This document shows positions 13,301 through 27,400 of a stretch of 64,000 nucleotides of DNA, in pieces. The translations under genes and the position numbers were made by a program. The notes beneath the pieces are model-generated. The model saw only the letters and a program-made list of their open reading frames with translations, was not told the origin of the DNA and did not search any database. This stretch comes from Bilabrum cf. latius (Eukaryota): the NCBI GenBank assembly GCA_965178125.1, contig OZ237754.1, positions 620,001-684,000 of the forward strand, read 5' to 3'. The stretch's first letter is position 1. Each line of letters opens with the position of its first letter.

Positions 13301-16300
13301 GCACCGCCAATGCTCGCTGCGCGGTCCGGACGGCATCTCGCCCATCATCAGACCACAAACCCGCTCTGCCTGAAGGGACCGCGCTCGCTCCAGCCCCTGA
13401 TGCAGCTTGGGTAGCATCATGATGCGCGCTGCTATTGCCACTGCCACTGCCTTCACTACCGCCAGTGTACTTGGTACACTCGCGACGATATTCATCAGTG
13501 GGAGCTACAAAGTCATCCATGAAGATCTCGTAGTCGAGCTGCACCCTCTTCGAGAGCGACTCGGGAGCCTGCCTACCCAGCACCATGGTGAGTGTCGGTG
13601 GCAGGCTCACTATGGACCGATATTGGACAACCCGCGGAGTGCAGATCTATGAAAGAGATAGGGTCGCGCCTTCGATACGTCCGTCTCGAACAGCCGTAAG
13701 TGCTGCTTCAAGGGATCGGTGCGTTGTTGCCCCTTCAGTCGAGCGAATAGCGTCGACTGCAGCACCAACCACGTCGCTGTCAGATAAGGTCCGCCTCATT
13801 TCGCTCAAATCCATGCCTTCGTCTGACGCGAGGTCCTGGTAAATGCCGCTGTACACGCTCGCGGCAATCTGCTAAAATCGACGCGTGAGACCATACCCTG
13901 GCGGCGGCGTACGTTCCTCAGCGTCGCTGCTTGATACACCGGCGCTTGCCGTAGGATGCACCCCTGAATCATCACCAGCAGCAGCACCAGTACTGCCACG
14001 TGCAGCAGCACCCCCGCTGGATTTTGCATTGCCATCACCCGGCTCAGAGGATTCCCCGCTGTCGGCTGCAAGTTTCCACGGAGCTTCCTCCCCAGAGTGA
14101 GAGCCTGCGAGCGCCACGACCAGCCAGGGCCAATCCTGCACAGATCGCACGTGGCCTACCTAAAATTTGTCCACCTCGCGCGCCGGATCCCAGTCCCCGT
14201 CCGGGTCGGCCCACCGCGCCGTGCCTCTCGGCTGCACGGATACAGCGCTAGCAAGGACGGTGGCCTTGGGCAGCACGGTCCCATCAGGCAAGGTGACATC
14301 TCGGGCGAGAGCCACGCTCTGCATCATCGTCTCCACGTCGTTTCGGAGCTCTAGCCGCCTATGCGCGAGCTGTGAATGCGTCAGGCTGTTATCGGTCGAA
14401 CTCTGCTAGGACCCAGCAGCGGTAGCGGCAGCTGCATCGGTTCCAGCGGCACCACTGCTTCTGTCGCCAGGAGACCCTTTCTTTCCTCGCACACCCTCAG
14501 CGTCAACCCGCTCGAAGCCGCGCATCGCGTACTCGATCACCTCCAACACAAACCGCTGGAACTCGCCCGCATCGGACTGTTGCAGGTACGTCGGTGGGGT
14601 CGTTGCCGCAGTCGTCAACATGGTTTTCTGCTTCATGTGGCGCTCGTTTAGATCTTGAGCCATCAAGCCGAACCCAATGGTACCACCAGCGTTCAGCAGA
14701 TCGTCGCGGGTGGGCATGCCATGCACGAAGCCGTCGTCGTCATCCTCATCTGACTCCTCCTCATCCACGCCCAGACCACTGTCAGCTGCATCGCCACCCA
14801 TTTTCCAAGCCACAAGGGGGCGCCAGTGTCTGTAGCGCAATGTGTTTCTCGCTATGGGGTCCTCAGGGAGCGATGCGGCAGCGGGGCCAGCAGCGACAGC
14901 AGCAGCACCACCGCTTGAGCTGCCCTGCTCGACTTCAACGGCCACCACGCTTCCATCCCGGGTCAGGTCCAGCTTGTTTGAAATGGATGAATGCCCTTCC
15001 ACTGCAAGCGCTTCTTGCCACTCCACTGAACCAGGCACCATGACCTCGCCGAGATGAGAGCTGAAGTCGACACCGGCCGACGGAAAGCGCCGCATGTTAC
15101 CACCAGCACCCCCGCCAGCAGGCCCGCCGGCCTCGTCCTCTTCTCCAGCAAGGGACTGGACCTCAGCGTCAGAAATCCACGACGTCGCACTCGTGGCAGA
15201 CTTTGTTGACGACTCACGCTTCACCACGGCGGGGGCCAGGATACTGGCTGCACCGAAGTCTCCGAGGCCTGGCAAGTCCGTTCCGTCGGATGGGCTGCGA
15301 TTGGGTTTCAAAGGTGGCGTCGACACTGGAATCCTGCCATCTCCATCTGCAGCCCCTGCTTCCGAAGACCGCTGCAGCACGCCCACTCGCGCCCTGGCTA
15401 CGCCATCCGTAGGAGGCACCGGGGGCGAGCCAGCCTGGGCGTTTGGAGCGACCGCAACCCCAAGGCTGTTCTCTCTGGAGAGCAGGATGGGCGTCTGGGC
15501 CTCGCTCCGGTCCCTCAGCAAGCCACCGCCAGCAGGACCCCTCATCGTCCTGTGCTCCCGCACGATCTTCGCCCGCTCCGACTGCTGCGCCCTGCGCCTG
15601 GCCTGCCTCGCTGCAGCGATGGCCTAGCGCGGAGCGTCGTTGCTGAATGTGTCGAAGCTGTCAATCTTGTTCAGGTTACCAGCGCTCACAGCAGCCAGTG
15701 CCACGATCACGTCGGACGGCAGCTGCGTCTTCCTCGGACCGTACAGCATGAGCCCGAACAGCTTTCGCAGCTCCCACAGGACCGAAGCAGCCCGCAGGTA
15801 GTCCCTGGCCAACCGCCGGCCCCACGGACCCCTCCCTTCGTCCACGGCTGCCTCTTTGGCTCTCTGGACGTCGTCTGTGAGATTTGCCTCGGAGCTCAGC
15901 ACGAGCTCGCGAATGCTTCGAGTGTGGAGCATCGCAACCAGGGCGGCGTTGGCGTAGCAGGTGTTGCCGACATTTGCCAGTCCGACAAGGTCTGCTGATT
16001 GCCGAGACTAGTTGTATCCGCACGAATTCTTGCGGGATGCATCGATCTGGACCGATGCAGTGCCCTGCACCTTGGCCTTGAGTGCCCTTTCCTCGTCCCC
16101 ATCGGGTTGCTCCCTGTGCGCGCTGATGGCCTCCTGGTACGCCTTCTCTCCAGCGGCGATGACGCGGGCGATGGCACGGGCGCGGTACCTCTTTGTGATG
16201 GCACCCGTGGCTGGCAGAACCAGGGACAGGGAGGATGCCTGCCTGTCGAGTCCTGTGCTTCTAGCAGTGCCAGCAGTGTCCCTAGGACTCAGCGAGTCCT

Positions 16301-18188
16301 CCAGTTCGGCCGAGAGGGCCTTGTGCAGGTCATTGTCTATGAAGAGACCCTTCGCGGTGCCCCCTGCATACTCCCAGGCGCGGTTCCGAAGCTCCAGCTC
16401 AGTCTTTGCGTGCACTCTCAGCTGTTGCTGGCCTGCCCTGTCCTGCCGGAGCACCTGGGCACAGAACAGAAAGCACCCGAACCGAGCGGCTCCTGGCATG
16501 TACTTGACCAAGTCAGGCGAGCTGTATTGCGTCGCATCCCCCGACAACATTTGCATCATCATTTCCTCCCTATGCTACCGAATCGCGATCTCGTATTTGA
16601 CATTGTCGCCGATGACCTGCGCCGCCTCCCCCAGCACTCCCTCCAGGCCGCCTCCTAGCACGCGGTCCACGATGAGCGAGTTCATGGTCAGGGGGGAGGA
16701 CATCACGGGCATTCCGGATAATCCATCGAGCAGTTGGTCCTGAAATTCATCGGCATCAAGGTCATCAAGCAGTGGCAGCGCCTTTGCTTCCTCGTCCACA
16801 GCGGCATCCGTCATGCTCTGCAGCCTCACGGCCTGTTCAAGATGGAAGAGTCTTTGGCCCCGAGCGAACGCTAGCTTGTGGTCCAATGAGCCGAGTACTG
16901 CACGGGTATAGGCAGTCATCTCGGCTAGTCTCATGCGCCACATGCCACGTGTAGCGGGGTCTGTTGAGAGGTTGCCCGGGAGAGTGAGCACACTCACACC
17001 GTTGGGCAGCTTCTGCACCTTGCAGCCCCAGAGCGCTGCGTGTCGCAAGAGATCCGCCTTGTCCCAGGCATCCATGGTTTTCGTGCTTCCAACCGGATCG
17101 CACGCTGTGCCAGGACCGGTCCATGCCCCGCCCTCGAGCTCCCTTCGCACGATGGGATCCTCGTCGTCTCCCTCCAGACCGTACATCCTTGCCGACGCTC
17201 TGTGGATCTTGGCAACATCGCCCACCCAGGCGGCACCTTCTGGCTGCATCGCCGGCGACTGCATCCAACTTCGGCCAAACGCAAATCCACAGGAAGGCGC
17301 AGGCTCACTTGGGACGCTTGCAGCACCTCCCGTGGTAGCCGACGACCCAGGCGCGCCAGCACCAGCACCAGCAGCGCTCGAGGCAGCCCCGCTCTCGGCT
17401 GCGTGCACCCTCTCAGGCCGCGCGGGCGAGTACTTTCCATCGATGGAACCGTCTAGCTCTTCATGGATCCAAGGGCCTTGCCCTGGAGCGATGGCCTCGA
17501 GTGCCGCGTCCATCTCCAGCCGGATGCGGGCTGCACGGTCGTGCGCGAGGTCCGGGGCAGCTGCCGACTCGGGGCCGCTGCTTGCCGATGCGGCTGCGCT
17601 GCTGTTGGAGGTACTCGGTAAATCGTTTTCTGTGGCCTCGAGCCCGGCTGAAAGCAGGCACATGAGAAAGCGCAGGCGGTGCAGCATCGGGCTGTCCTTG
17701 CGGCTGCGCATCTGCGCGCAGATCTAGGACACCAGACCCGGCACCAGCAATGCGTGGACACTCCTTCCAACTCTTCCACTTGAAAATGTCATAGCAGCAG
17801 CACCAACGCCTGCTTTCTCGCCGAAGTCTGCAACCGGCTTGGATCGACTGATGCTTGCCAGCTAGAAGCGAGCATCACCGAGCTCTATCGCACTTCCTTG
17901 GCTCATGCTAGTCCCCTCTGCAGTCTGATTGGTATCTGAATATCCTTTTGATGTTATTTGACCCGTTTCAGACCGTGGGTTGAGGTCCTCTGCAATAATT
18001 GTGGGAAAAATTGGAGTGGCAAAAACAGGCGAAACAGTAGAATCTTCAAGCTGTGCGATAAGCGCGGTCATAAACGGACTTGGACTCACCTTGTAGCTGA
18101 AATGGCCCAGCTTCCATTCGCAGCCAGTACGCCCCGGAGGTGCTGTGCCCGGCAACTGCCCATCGTCCGCGGCCAGCTGCGCCACCAA
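10314..18188 (-). CDS. Very large ubiquitin-specific protease (USP/peptidase C19), about 2600 aa; 5' end uncertain
   Basis: One frame with no TAA/TGA from about 18190 to TGA 10314, containing 19 TAG. Cys box GLANVGNTCYANA (~15945-15985), QQSDAGEF (~14560-14585), SLPPTLTMVLGR (~13600), His box VVIHDGPTYMAGHYYAYAR and WVKYNDENV (~12860-13000). Confidence 0.85.
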
Positions 18189-18584
18189 GGCTTAAGTCTG
18201 GAGATTCCAGCAAATATCTCTTCACCCCAACCTGACCCTAGTCTAGACCGGCGGCATCTGGAATCTACATGCTAATATGCATCCAAATTTCAGCGAGTGA
18301 GAATTCATTGGAACCCCCTTTTGGCCAGCTGTTGAGGAAACCCGCCAATGGGTCGATCTTTCCGGCCGGCAGAATGGCAAACTGTTGCCTCGCCGCCGCA
18401 AGGTCCTGATCTGAAATCTTATGTGACTCAGAGCCCATCATGCCCCTACACTCTGCCTTCTAGTGGCGGTCGATGGCAAATGTGCGTCGTTCCCGAGCCG
18501 AGATTGGGTGGTGGTTCGTGATGGAACTTTCGCTAAAGTTCTTCCCAGCGTTCGGTATTGAGCTCTCTCAACACAGCTAGGAGT

Positions 18585-19694
18585 ATGCCTGATCACGTCT
18601 ACTACAATACGTTGGCGGTTGTTGCCGCTGCGTCCAGCCTGTCTGTGCTTGGCATGGTAGATCCGTACGGTAGCCTGTTCACGGGGCCGCTGTTTCTTGG
18701 ATAGGAACTGTTTTCATCGCCATGGCAGTCTTTTTTGAGCCCGCCAGTGCATTCGCATTTGCGAGGATTCATGGCTACAGTGTTTGGAATTGTTGGTTGG
18801 TACGTTGGCTGCGTGGTGAGCGGGAGGACCGCAAGCGGCGGGTTTCGCGCGGCCTCCGCAATCGGCCGCTTCGTCTGGGGAACTGCTGCAATCGGGATAT
18901 GCTATGCTGCAGGAGGCCCAGCGGGTTTAATTGCTGTGCTCACGCTTGTGGACCTTGCCTCTGGGGCGCATCTATGGTTGGTGCGGTCACAGAACGAGAA
19001 GCGGCGGCAGAAGTTCAAGGCATCCCTGGAACCCGAGACAGAGCAAGGCGGCGCGATGGAGCAAGCCATGCGACTGGTTCGTAACAAGTAGAGAGAAGAT
19101 GAGGAGAAGGCGAGGATCAAGGCAGCGGGGGGTGGCGGCAAGCAAGGCCACTTCGCGAGCGTGTACGTGCACCCGATGGTTGGCGTCCCCGTGGCGGTGC
19201 TGCTGCTCGTGAGACCCAAGGTCGCCGTGCAGTACGCCGGGCAGTTCGCTGCGCAGCTGCTGGGGGGCGGGCCGGGTGCCACCGGCGTGGGATCAGTGCC
19301 GGGGTCCAGGTGGGGCGTGGGGGCTGGCGGGGAACCGGAGTGGCTGGCTCCTGGTGTGACGAGTGGTGATGTGGCGAGTGAGGACGGTGGGTTGGCTGCG
19401 CTGGGCGAGGGCGAGTCTTGGGAGGTGTGGGCTCGGCTGTCCGCGGTGCAGATGCTCCTGTTCTCGTTCGCTATGATGAACGTTCGGTCGATGGATTTCT
19501 TCGCTTCGCTGCTCATGCGGGGCATGGTCCTGGCTGGATGCGTAGTTGCTGTGCTCCTGGGTGCGAGCCCGGGAGTGCTTGTGCTGTACGCAGCGCCGCA
19601 TCTGGTGTCCTTGCCCCTGTCACTCGCCGAGCTTGGGGCAGCGGGCTGGTCTGGCTGGCAGAGCGGGGGACAGTCCAAGGTCAAGGCTTCGTGA
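18585..19694 (+). CDS. Multi-pass membrane protein of unknown function
   Basis: ORFs 18735..19091 and 19161..19694 are in frame across TAG 19089. The frame extends upstream across TAG 18702 to ATG 18585. Several hydrophobic segments; stop is TGA. Start uncertain. Confidence 0.6.
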
Positions 19695-20029
19695 GCTGGG
19701 CCTATGATTGAATACATGGCGTAGGTTTGGGGCCAGAATGTCGTTGAAAAGGTTGTGAATAGTCTGCGCTGGGGTGCAAGCGAGCAAGAGAATCTGTGAA
19801 CCGAGGCCCTGTGGCGCCGCGCAGTTGATCGTTCCGCAAGGGCTCCTGGTTTCTGCCCAACACTTCATCTGCAACCTCTAAACAGCACGCTCCTAGGTTT
19901 TGTCCCAGAATCCAGGCAAAAAGAGTATCTAAGTCACCTCCAGGTGAATTCGGGGAAAGCGTTATTTGATCGCTTGGCTGCGTCGAAAGCTTGGGTCGAC
20001 GGCTCTGTTACCTCCGCTTTCTATTCGCC

Positions 20030-23000
20030 ATGTATGGCACTACGGATGACCCCTTCGGCGGAGCTTCGGATTCGCCGAACCCTTTTAGAAGACCAGACAT
20101 CAGATCCATACCGCGATCGCCAAGGCATGTGATGTCTCCTTCGCTCCTAGGCAATGAGGGTGGCTCGCCGTCGCTTTCTCACACGAATAGCGGCATTTAC
20201 GATTACCGGAATCTAGGTGTCAATGGCGATATTACCTCAAATAGCATTGATGCATCCGGTTTGACCCCACGGCGAGCCTCCGATGAGGTGCGCTTCGCAC
20301 GTGAAGTAGCGCAGCTGCAGGAGCAAGATTTCGGTCCAGAGCAGGCCAGGTGAGACTTCTCACGTCGCTAACTTGCGCAAAGCAACGTCGTCATTTGCAT
20401 GCCACACCGATAACTTCGCGTTCCGACTCGATTCACCCTTTGTACCCGCAGTGCGACCTGCCCTTGCTGCGCCAAGGGCGGCTGCTGCTATCCGTCCGTC
20501 CGGTGCGGCATGATCGCAGGCGTATCAACGACTTTGGCCCTCATTGCTATCATTTTAAGTGTTTGGCTAGGAGCTCCGAGGATTGGAGACGACGCAGTCG
20601 CGGCCACGACCCTGAAGTTTCTGCAGGTGAACATCAGCAACCCCGACGCGGATTCCTTCCAACTGGACTCTCTTATCGAGATATCCGGCCTCAAACCGGT
20701 GTCAGCTCGCATGCACGCTTTCGATGCCACGCTGCTGTACAACGGCAAAGCCATGGCAACGACCCGCCTGCCGGCGATGGAAGTGAAGGCAAACAAGGTG
20801 AACGTGCTTCCCTCCTCGGCGCGGGCCAAGGTGACGGACGTGACGGTGTTCAACCAATTCAACGAGGCTATCTTGCAAAACGAAGAGGTAGAGATGGGAG
20901 TGAAGGGCAAGCTGAGCATCACCACGAGGGCCAAGCACCTGCGGAACGTGGTCATCAAGGGCCTTCACCTCGACAAGACGGCCACCCTTAGAGGTTCCGC
21001 AGGATTGCGCGGCGCCCAGGTGCGGGCGATCTCGATGGCTGATAGCACCCCTGAGCACCTCAGGGTGGCCCTCGCCGTAGAGGTGAACAACCCCAGCACG
21101 GTGTCCATCGCCGGTCTCGGCACCATGTGCCTGGACGTCTACTACAGGGGGGAGAAGATGGGCCGCATGTCCTCTTTGAACACTTCCCTACCTCGAGGGA
21201 ACAGCACCCTGCACGTGTCCGGAGAACTGGTCGCAGGGAACATGACGGACACGGACGACCTGATCAGCCGATTCCTGGACGGCCTGTCCACGACGGTGCA
21301 GAACAGAGGCATCATGTGCCAGGGCGCCTCCCCCCTGTTTGGCCCAGCCGCCAGCACCCTCAACCTGCAGATCCAGTTCCCCGGAAACCCCACGCCGCTG
21401 GTGGACGGTCTCATCGTCGACGGCCTCTCTATGATGCCAAAGGAGGACGGCTCCGTGGACATGCAGCTGAATGCCACCGTCACCGTCAACTCGCCCCTGG
21501 GTCCCAACGCACCCATCGTGGTGGAGGACATTGCCATGGACGCAGAGCTCATGGGAGCGGGCATGGACGTGGGACAGCTGCACGTGCCCAAGACAAAGGT
21601 GCCCGGGGGAGGGAAGGTCTCCTTCGGAGTGGTGCCCGGTGGGTACAGGCCCGCGAGGCAGGTGCACTGGAACAGGGGCGACGCACTTGCGGTGGCTACA
21701 GGCTCGGGCCCCCCCGTGCCGCCCACTGTCAAGCAAAACGTGACGCTGGCCCTGCAGAGCACACTCAACCTCGCGTCCCACGGCTAGGCCATGGGCGACT
21801 TTGTGTCCGAGTTCATCCGCTCCGATGAGGTGGACGTTGCTCTGGTTGGAAGCGACGACCAGGCCATGCGCGTTACGCTGACGTCAGCGCTCGGACCGCT
21901 CCACCTGCACGTCCCCGTGACGGCGCGATCCAAGCTGCCGGGCATGCGGAACTTTCCCGAGGTTCTGGTGTCCGATTTCAACCTCCTGGGTCCGACTCCC
22001 GACGGGAAGGGGCTCATCGCCTCGAACCTGGTAACCCTGCTGAACCCTTCGCCCGTCGAGGTGCGCATGGGAGATAGGGTGCAGTTTGGTATTTACAGCG
22101 CGGAGAGCGGACGCAGGATGGGCAGCATGGTGGCGTTTCACACCGACCTCCCGCCCGGCCTCTCCGTGCTTAACATGTCGGGGGTCATCGAGCCTGCCCC
22201 CGGCGGGCTGCAGGACATGTCCCAGCTCTTCTCCAACTACCTCACCGGCAAGGACACTAAAGTGGCGGTGCGGGGTGAGAACGTGACCTTTGGCGGGGGA
22301 ATCGACACGCCGTCCTGGCTGATGAAGGCCGTGAGGAACATCAGCATGTCCACGGTGATGCCGGGAGCCAAGAACCTGACGCTCACCACGGGGCTGGGCC
22401 TCACTGACCTCAACATGTCGTTCGTGCCTCCCAAGGGCGCGCCACCGCACCCAGACCCCTCCACGTTCGTCCCCCTGTCCAGCTCCACGGTCCATGGCAC
22501 GGTCCACGTGCCCTTCTCCGACGTGCCCATGGACATCCTTGAGATGAACGTGACGTTCGAGTACTGCAACTTGGAGACGGGGGAGCCTTTCGCCAGGGTC
22601 CGGGGGGTGCACCAGAAGTGCGACTACAAGCCGTTTGCCAAGCCGGGGCCGGGCACCGCCGCGGGTACGATCGACATCTTTTTGACGCCAGCCTATCTCG
22701 AAGTGGTCAACGAGGAGCTCATGAAGGACTTCGTGGCGCAGATCGTGCTCACCCCAGCTGCCCACATGCTGATGAGGTCCAATGCATCGCAGCTGATCAA
22801 GGTGCCTGTAGGCGAGCTGGTGATATCGGGGATTCAGCTGGAGCAGGAGGTGATTGTACCTGGGTTGGATGGATTCTCGGACCCTCCCATTCTGGTGCTG
22901 GACCAGGACATCGTGGGCAGCACAAACACCACCATCCTGGCCGTGTCAGACCTAGAAATCAGAAACCCTTCCATCATCAACGGGCTCTTCACCACGGTGA

Positions 23001-23722
23001 CCCTGGACATGATGTATCTCGGCGAGAAAGTCGCCGAGCAGATTCTCCCCGCCTTTGATCTGCTGCACGGGGTCAACCACCTTAACGCCCAGACCATCCT
23101 CATCCCCCCACCCGACGACCCGGAGCACAAGGCCCAGCACGAGGCATTTAGGGGATTCGTGTCGAGTTACTTGGTGGGGAACAGCACCCACGTGGAGCTG
23201 AAGGGGTTCGCGGAGAGCACACCCGTGCCGCTGCTGTCCAAGGCGTACGACGGTTTCCATACGTTCGTCAGCATCCCCGGCTCCAAGACACCGCTGGTGG
23301 TCAACGCCACACTGGACGTGCTCGAGTGGAAAGACGGGGACGTGCTGGGGCAAGTGTTCATGGCCAATCCCACGGGAGTGGAGATTTAGGTCATCGACAG
23401 CAAGCTGTACATCTACGGCTGCAGCGACGAGCTCAAGAACACGACGTGCCTCGAGTTTGACTACTCCGCCCCGATCGGACTGTTCTCTGACAAGTCCTTC
23501 AAGGACGCTCCCGTGGTGATTCCCCCGCACACGACTCGCCTGACCCCGGAGAAGCCCTTCAGGCTGCTTGGAGACCAGGGGGCCAGGCTGATCCAGCAGC
23601 TGATCGACGACGGCGCCGCCAACACCGCCATCAGCGGTAACTTCACCATGCTGCAGGGGCAGGTGGAAATCAACGTGGAGTACGCAGAGGAGAACATCCT
23701 CACGTACGCGAAGCTAGCCTGA
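20030..23722 (+). CDS. Single-pass type II membrane protein with repeated LEA_2/DUF3712 (Tag1-like) beta-sandwich domains
   Basis: Cytoplasmic N-terminus, intron 20350-20451, Cys-rich juxtamembrane CPCCAKGGCC, TM segment TTLALIAIILSVWLG. Recurring NPS/NPT motifs (VNNPST, LLNPSP, IRNPSI, MANPTG) and many N-glycosylation sequons. TAG at 21785 and 23387; TGA at 23720-23722. Confidence 0.75.
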
Positions 23723-24305
23723 TTGGGTTGCTGCAGGCGGTGTGTGCGAAGCGCTGGGGGACCAGTTGAATTGACCCTGCAGCACAGGCGAGGTATGGCC
23801 ACATCTTATGGCAGCCAGGATCCAGTCTGTCGACTTGATGTTGAATGTGCCCATGCGCGGTGCGCGTTGGTAGCTGAAGACACAAGCCATGGCCTTGCGC
23901 ACTCTTTGGTCTAGCAGCTTCGCCCACCCCTCAGTTCGGCTGGTTTGGGCAGATCTTATCGTCGATTCAGGAGTGGCGTCACTATCTGGGTTGATTGCAT
24001 ATTTCTTGTTTGGTTTGCTTGAGACCCAGCTTTCGCGTCAGTTATGCATTATTGACGATCGCCCCAAGACGTTCGGAGCTATCTGCCCTGCAACTTACAG
24101 AATCATCAACACATACGCCTTATCACGCATGCAATTTAGGAAATTGAAAACCAATATCTAGTTGGAATAGTGGCTCTGGAGTAGCCCAGACGCGAGTGAG
24201 GGGAAACCACTCTATTCAGCCCATAAGAATGTCATGTTCTACATATCTATTTGTAAATGATTTGTATTCACAAATTTTGTTCGATTTGTGTAGTCACACA
24301 GTGTT

Positions 24306-24376
24306 GGCCCGCTAGTATAGTGGTAAAACTTCACGTTGTCGCCGTGACGTCCCGGGTTCGATCCCCGGGCGGGTCG
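24306..24376 (+). tRNA. tRNA-Asp (anticodon GTC)
   Basis: Acceptor GGCCCGC/GCGGGTC, A-box TAGTATAGTGG, anticodon stem TCACG/CGTGA with loop TTGTCGC, T arm CCGGG-TTCGATC-CCCGG, discriminator G. One D-stem mismatch. Confidence 0.9.
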
Positions 24377-24381
24377 TTTTT
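24377..24381 (+). terminator. RNA polymerase III oligo-T terminator
   Basis: TTTTT immediately 3' of the tRNA-Asp discriminator base. Confidence 0.7.
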
Positions 24382-24487
24382 GTTTTCGAGTGCGCCGCGT
24401 TTGCGCGTGTTGGTGCAGGCAAGCTCGCTTCCATTTATATTATCAGTATGACGCTGACTACTTACGTATTCGTTTCTCGGCGATCAA

Positions 24488-27400
24488 TTAGTACAGCCCC
24501 TTCATGGACCATAACCGTACAGTCCTGTCGGCGCTGCTCGAGGCAAGAAGCGGCAGCGTCGGGTGCGCCTTTACGCAGAGGACCCTGTCCGAGTGCGCCT
24601 CACTGCCCACTGAGTGACTGTCCAGTCGAGCGGCGACCACGAGGTCCTCGGCAGTGGGTCCGCAGCACACCCCACTGACAGCCACGGACGAGTCACCGCC
24701 ACCGTACCCACCCGAAACCAGAAACCCACCCCCGGGCGTGAATGCGAGCGTGCGCACATCTGCCGAGTGAGGCTTTCCGGCGCACAAGACAGCCCCTTGT
24801 GGCCCGGTAGGTGACCTCGCGAGTGCTCCCCGCGACTCCCCTGCCGGGATGCCACCGCGCGCGTCCAGCACCATCACGTCACCGGCCGCCGAGGCCACAG
24901 CCACCTTATGTGTCGGGCCGCTGGCGGCCACCGCGTGCAGCGCCTCGGTCTCCAGACCGGTCCTGTTCGAGCCGCTGTTCCCTGTGCTGAAAAGCTGGGA
25001 CACGCTAGAGCCGAGCTTGCCCCCACCATCACCGCCAGCAGCACCTCCGGACCCATGGGGAGCTCTGACGTCGAACAGCAGTGCCTGACCATCCCCCCCT
25101 GCAGTCACCAGCACGTGCTCCCGCAGCCGCTGCAGCCCAAACACGACGTCTGAGTGCCCCCGCAGCACGGCCACAGGATCGGCGCGCATGGCAGCAACGT
25201 CCCACACCCTGACCGCGTAGTCACCCGTGCCCGCAGTGGCCACCAGCCCCGGCGACAGGAACGCCACGCCGCGCACTGTCCCGCTCATGGAAGGGATGGT
25301 GGCCAGCGCACCGCCAGACGATGATGATGACGCGGCCATATACGAGGATGCGTGGACACCTTCTCCTGCCCCAGGCCCACCGCTACCAGTAAGGCTCTTG
25401 CTGTTGCTCCATGCCACGAGCCGGAGCGTCGTGTCGTTGCTGCCAGTGGCCAGCATGCAACCCGCCCCCAAGCCACCCATCGCCAGCTCGCTTTCTTTCA
25501 AGCGTCGACCACCATCACCATCGCCATCGCCATCGCCATCGCCATCGCTGGCCCATGATCCCGGCAGACCAAGCTCCCTCATGCGGGCGGCCCCGGGACC
25601 TACGCTCGTGGACCAGTCGGTGCAGTACACGCTCGCGCGATGCAGCCCGCTCCACTCCTGCAGCACGCGAAGCACGCGGGGACCCTTGCCGGCAGTTGTT
25701 CCCTCGGAACCTCTGTGTTCCCCAGCACCTTGTTCCCTGGTACCCTGCATGAGCGCGGCTGGCACGAGCTCCGACCGGGGCACCTCGCAGATCTTGAGCG
25801 ACGCGTCGTTGCTGCCAACCGCCAGCAGGGTCCCACTCGGATCGAACGACACCGCCCTCACGGGCTTTGCCTCGCACAGCACGCCCACTGACTCGATCGT
25901 CACCCCCGCGCTCTCCAGAGGCAGACCCTCCTGCACCCTGCCGCTGGTGGCGTCCCCAGCCGAATGCGCGTCCACGATGGCCAGTGCGTTTCCTTCCCAA
26001 GCGGACGCGGTATCCACGCGCGGGGTGGGCAAACTCGCAGCACCGGCCAAAGGCACACCTGCAGCACCCGCCACTGCGCCCGCCTCGGTTTCAAGAATCC
26101 CGACCTGCGGTGGGGCGGGCGGCTCCTCGCTCCTTACAGCTCCAGGCATGGCTGATGCATCCATGGATCGGTCAGCGTGATCTCGGCTGACCTCACCCTC
26201 TGCCTGTGGAGGATGCCCCCCTTCATCCAGGGCATGTTTCTGCACCGCTTCTGCTTCCCTGATTAGCTGCTGCGCCGCTCTAGCCTGTATTTCCAAGGCA
26301 CTCTCATGCTAGCCGGTGCCACCGCCCTGGTCTCCGGTTGGCTGGTCTTGCCTCGCAGCCTGTCGTGCCAAGGCTTCGCTGCTAGTTGCGTCGCCCCCCG
26401 CCAGCGACTGGTCCTGCCTGAACCCGCTGTCCGTGGAGCTGCCCAAAACGCTGGGCCCTTCCCTAGTCAAATCCTGCTCATGCCTGTCATTGCCGGTGGT
26501 GGTCACCCCACCGTCTTCTTCAGGCTCCCTGCCCGGAGCTACCTCCTCTAGACCAGCGCCAGAACCAGACCTGCGCCGAGCCATGGCCTAGCTCTGTGTG
26601 CGAGGAGCGGTGGAAGCACCTGATGTGGAAGTCCCAGCCCCAGCCCCAGCAGGCGATCCCGGCCCACCTGGGCCCCTCCGTCTGCGGCTCGCTGACCCCC
26701 CGCGACGGAACGCCTCAGAAAGGCTTGGGCTGGGCGGGCCCGCTGCACCCCCCTGCCCATCGGGCCTGCCTTTGTCACCCTGGCCTTTAACGTAGATTCC
26801 GCCGAACGCATCCGCAAACTTGCCCCCGCCAGCACGCCGCCTCTTGGCCTCTTCCTCGGGGACGTACCTCTCGCTGGGCGTGGTGGGCGCGTCGCCCAGG
26901 GGCACCTCCCACGCTACGGCTTTCTTCTTCTGCGTTGCTGCAGCCGCTGGGCGCGGGGTCTCGTCTCCTATTCGCTGCTGGTCATGCCGCTCGTAGTTTT
27001 GCCCTGTGGTCGGATTTGTGCTACTACCGGTGGGCTCCCCCCTGCCTTTGCCTTTGCCCTTGCCCTTTCTCTTCTCTAAGGCGCGGGAGAGCCTGGTCTG
27101 TATGTCATCTGGATCTGCATCCCGTCCGTGCCCGGGCAAGGCATGCCCCGCCAAGTCGCGTTCGCTGTGGAAGGAGTCCTCGGGACTGGGGTTGCGGCTG
27201 CCGGGCACATCGGTGACGCTGCCAGAGTCATTGGTGCTACTCCTGCGCCCCCGCTTGCCCCTATGCCCGACGACTGGGCCGCTCCACTCCTCCTCTTTCT
27301 CCTCCTCTGGGAATCGACCAGACCCCTATTGGAGTGCCCGGTCGCCATGCATCGGAATGCTGCTCCGCAGCAAGCCCTTGAGCTGCTGCACCTCCCTCGC

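Noticed and set aside
24306-24376. Possible UAG-decoding (CTA anticodon) tRNA
   Set aside because: The anticodon loop reads TT-GTC-GC, which is Asp. No tRNA-Gln(CTA) was seen in this window.
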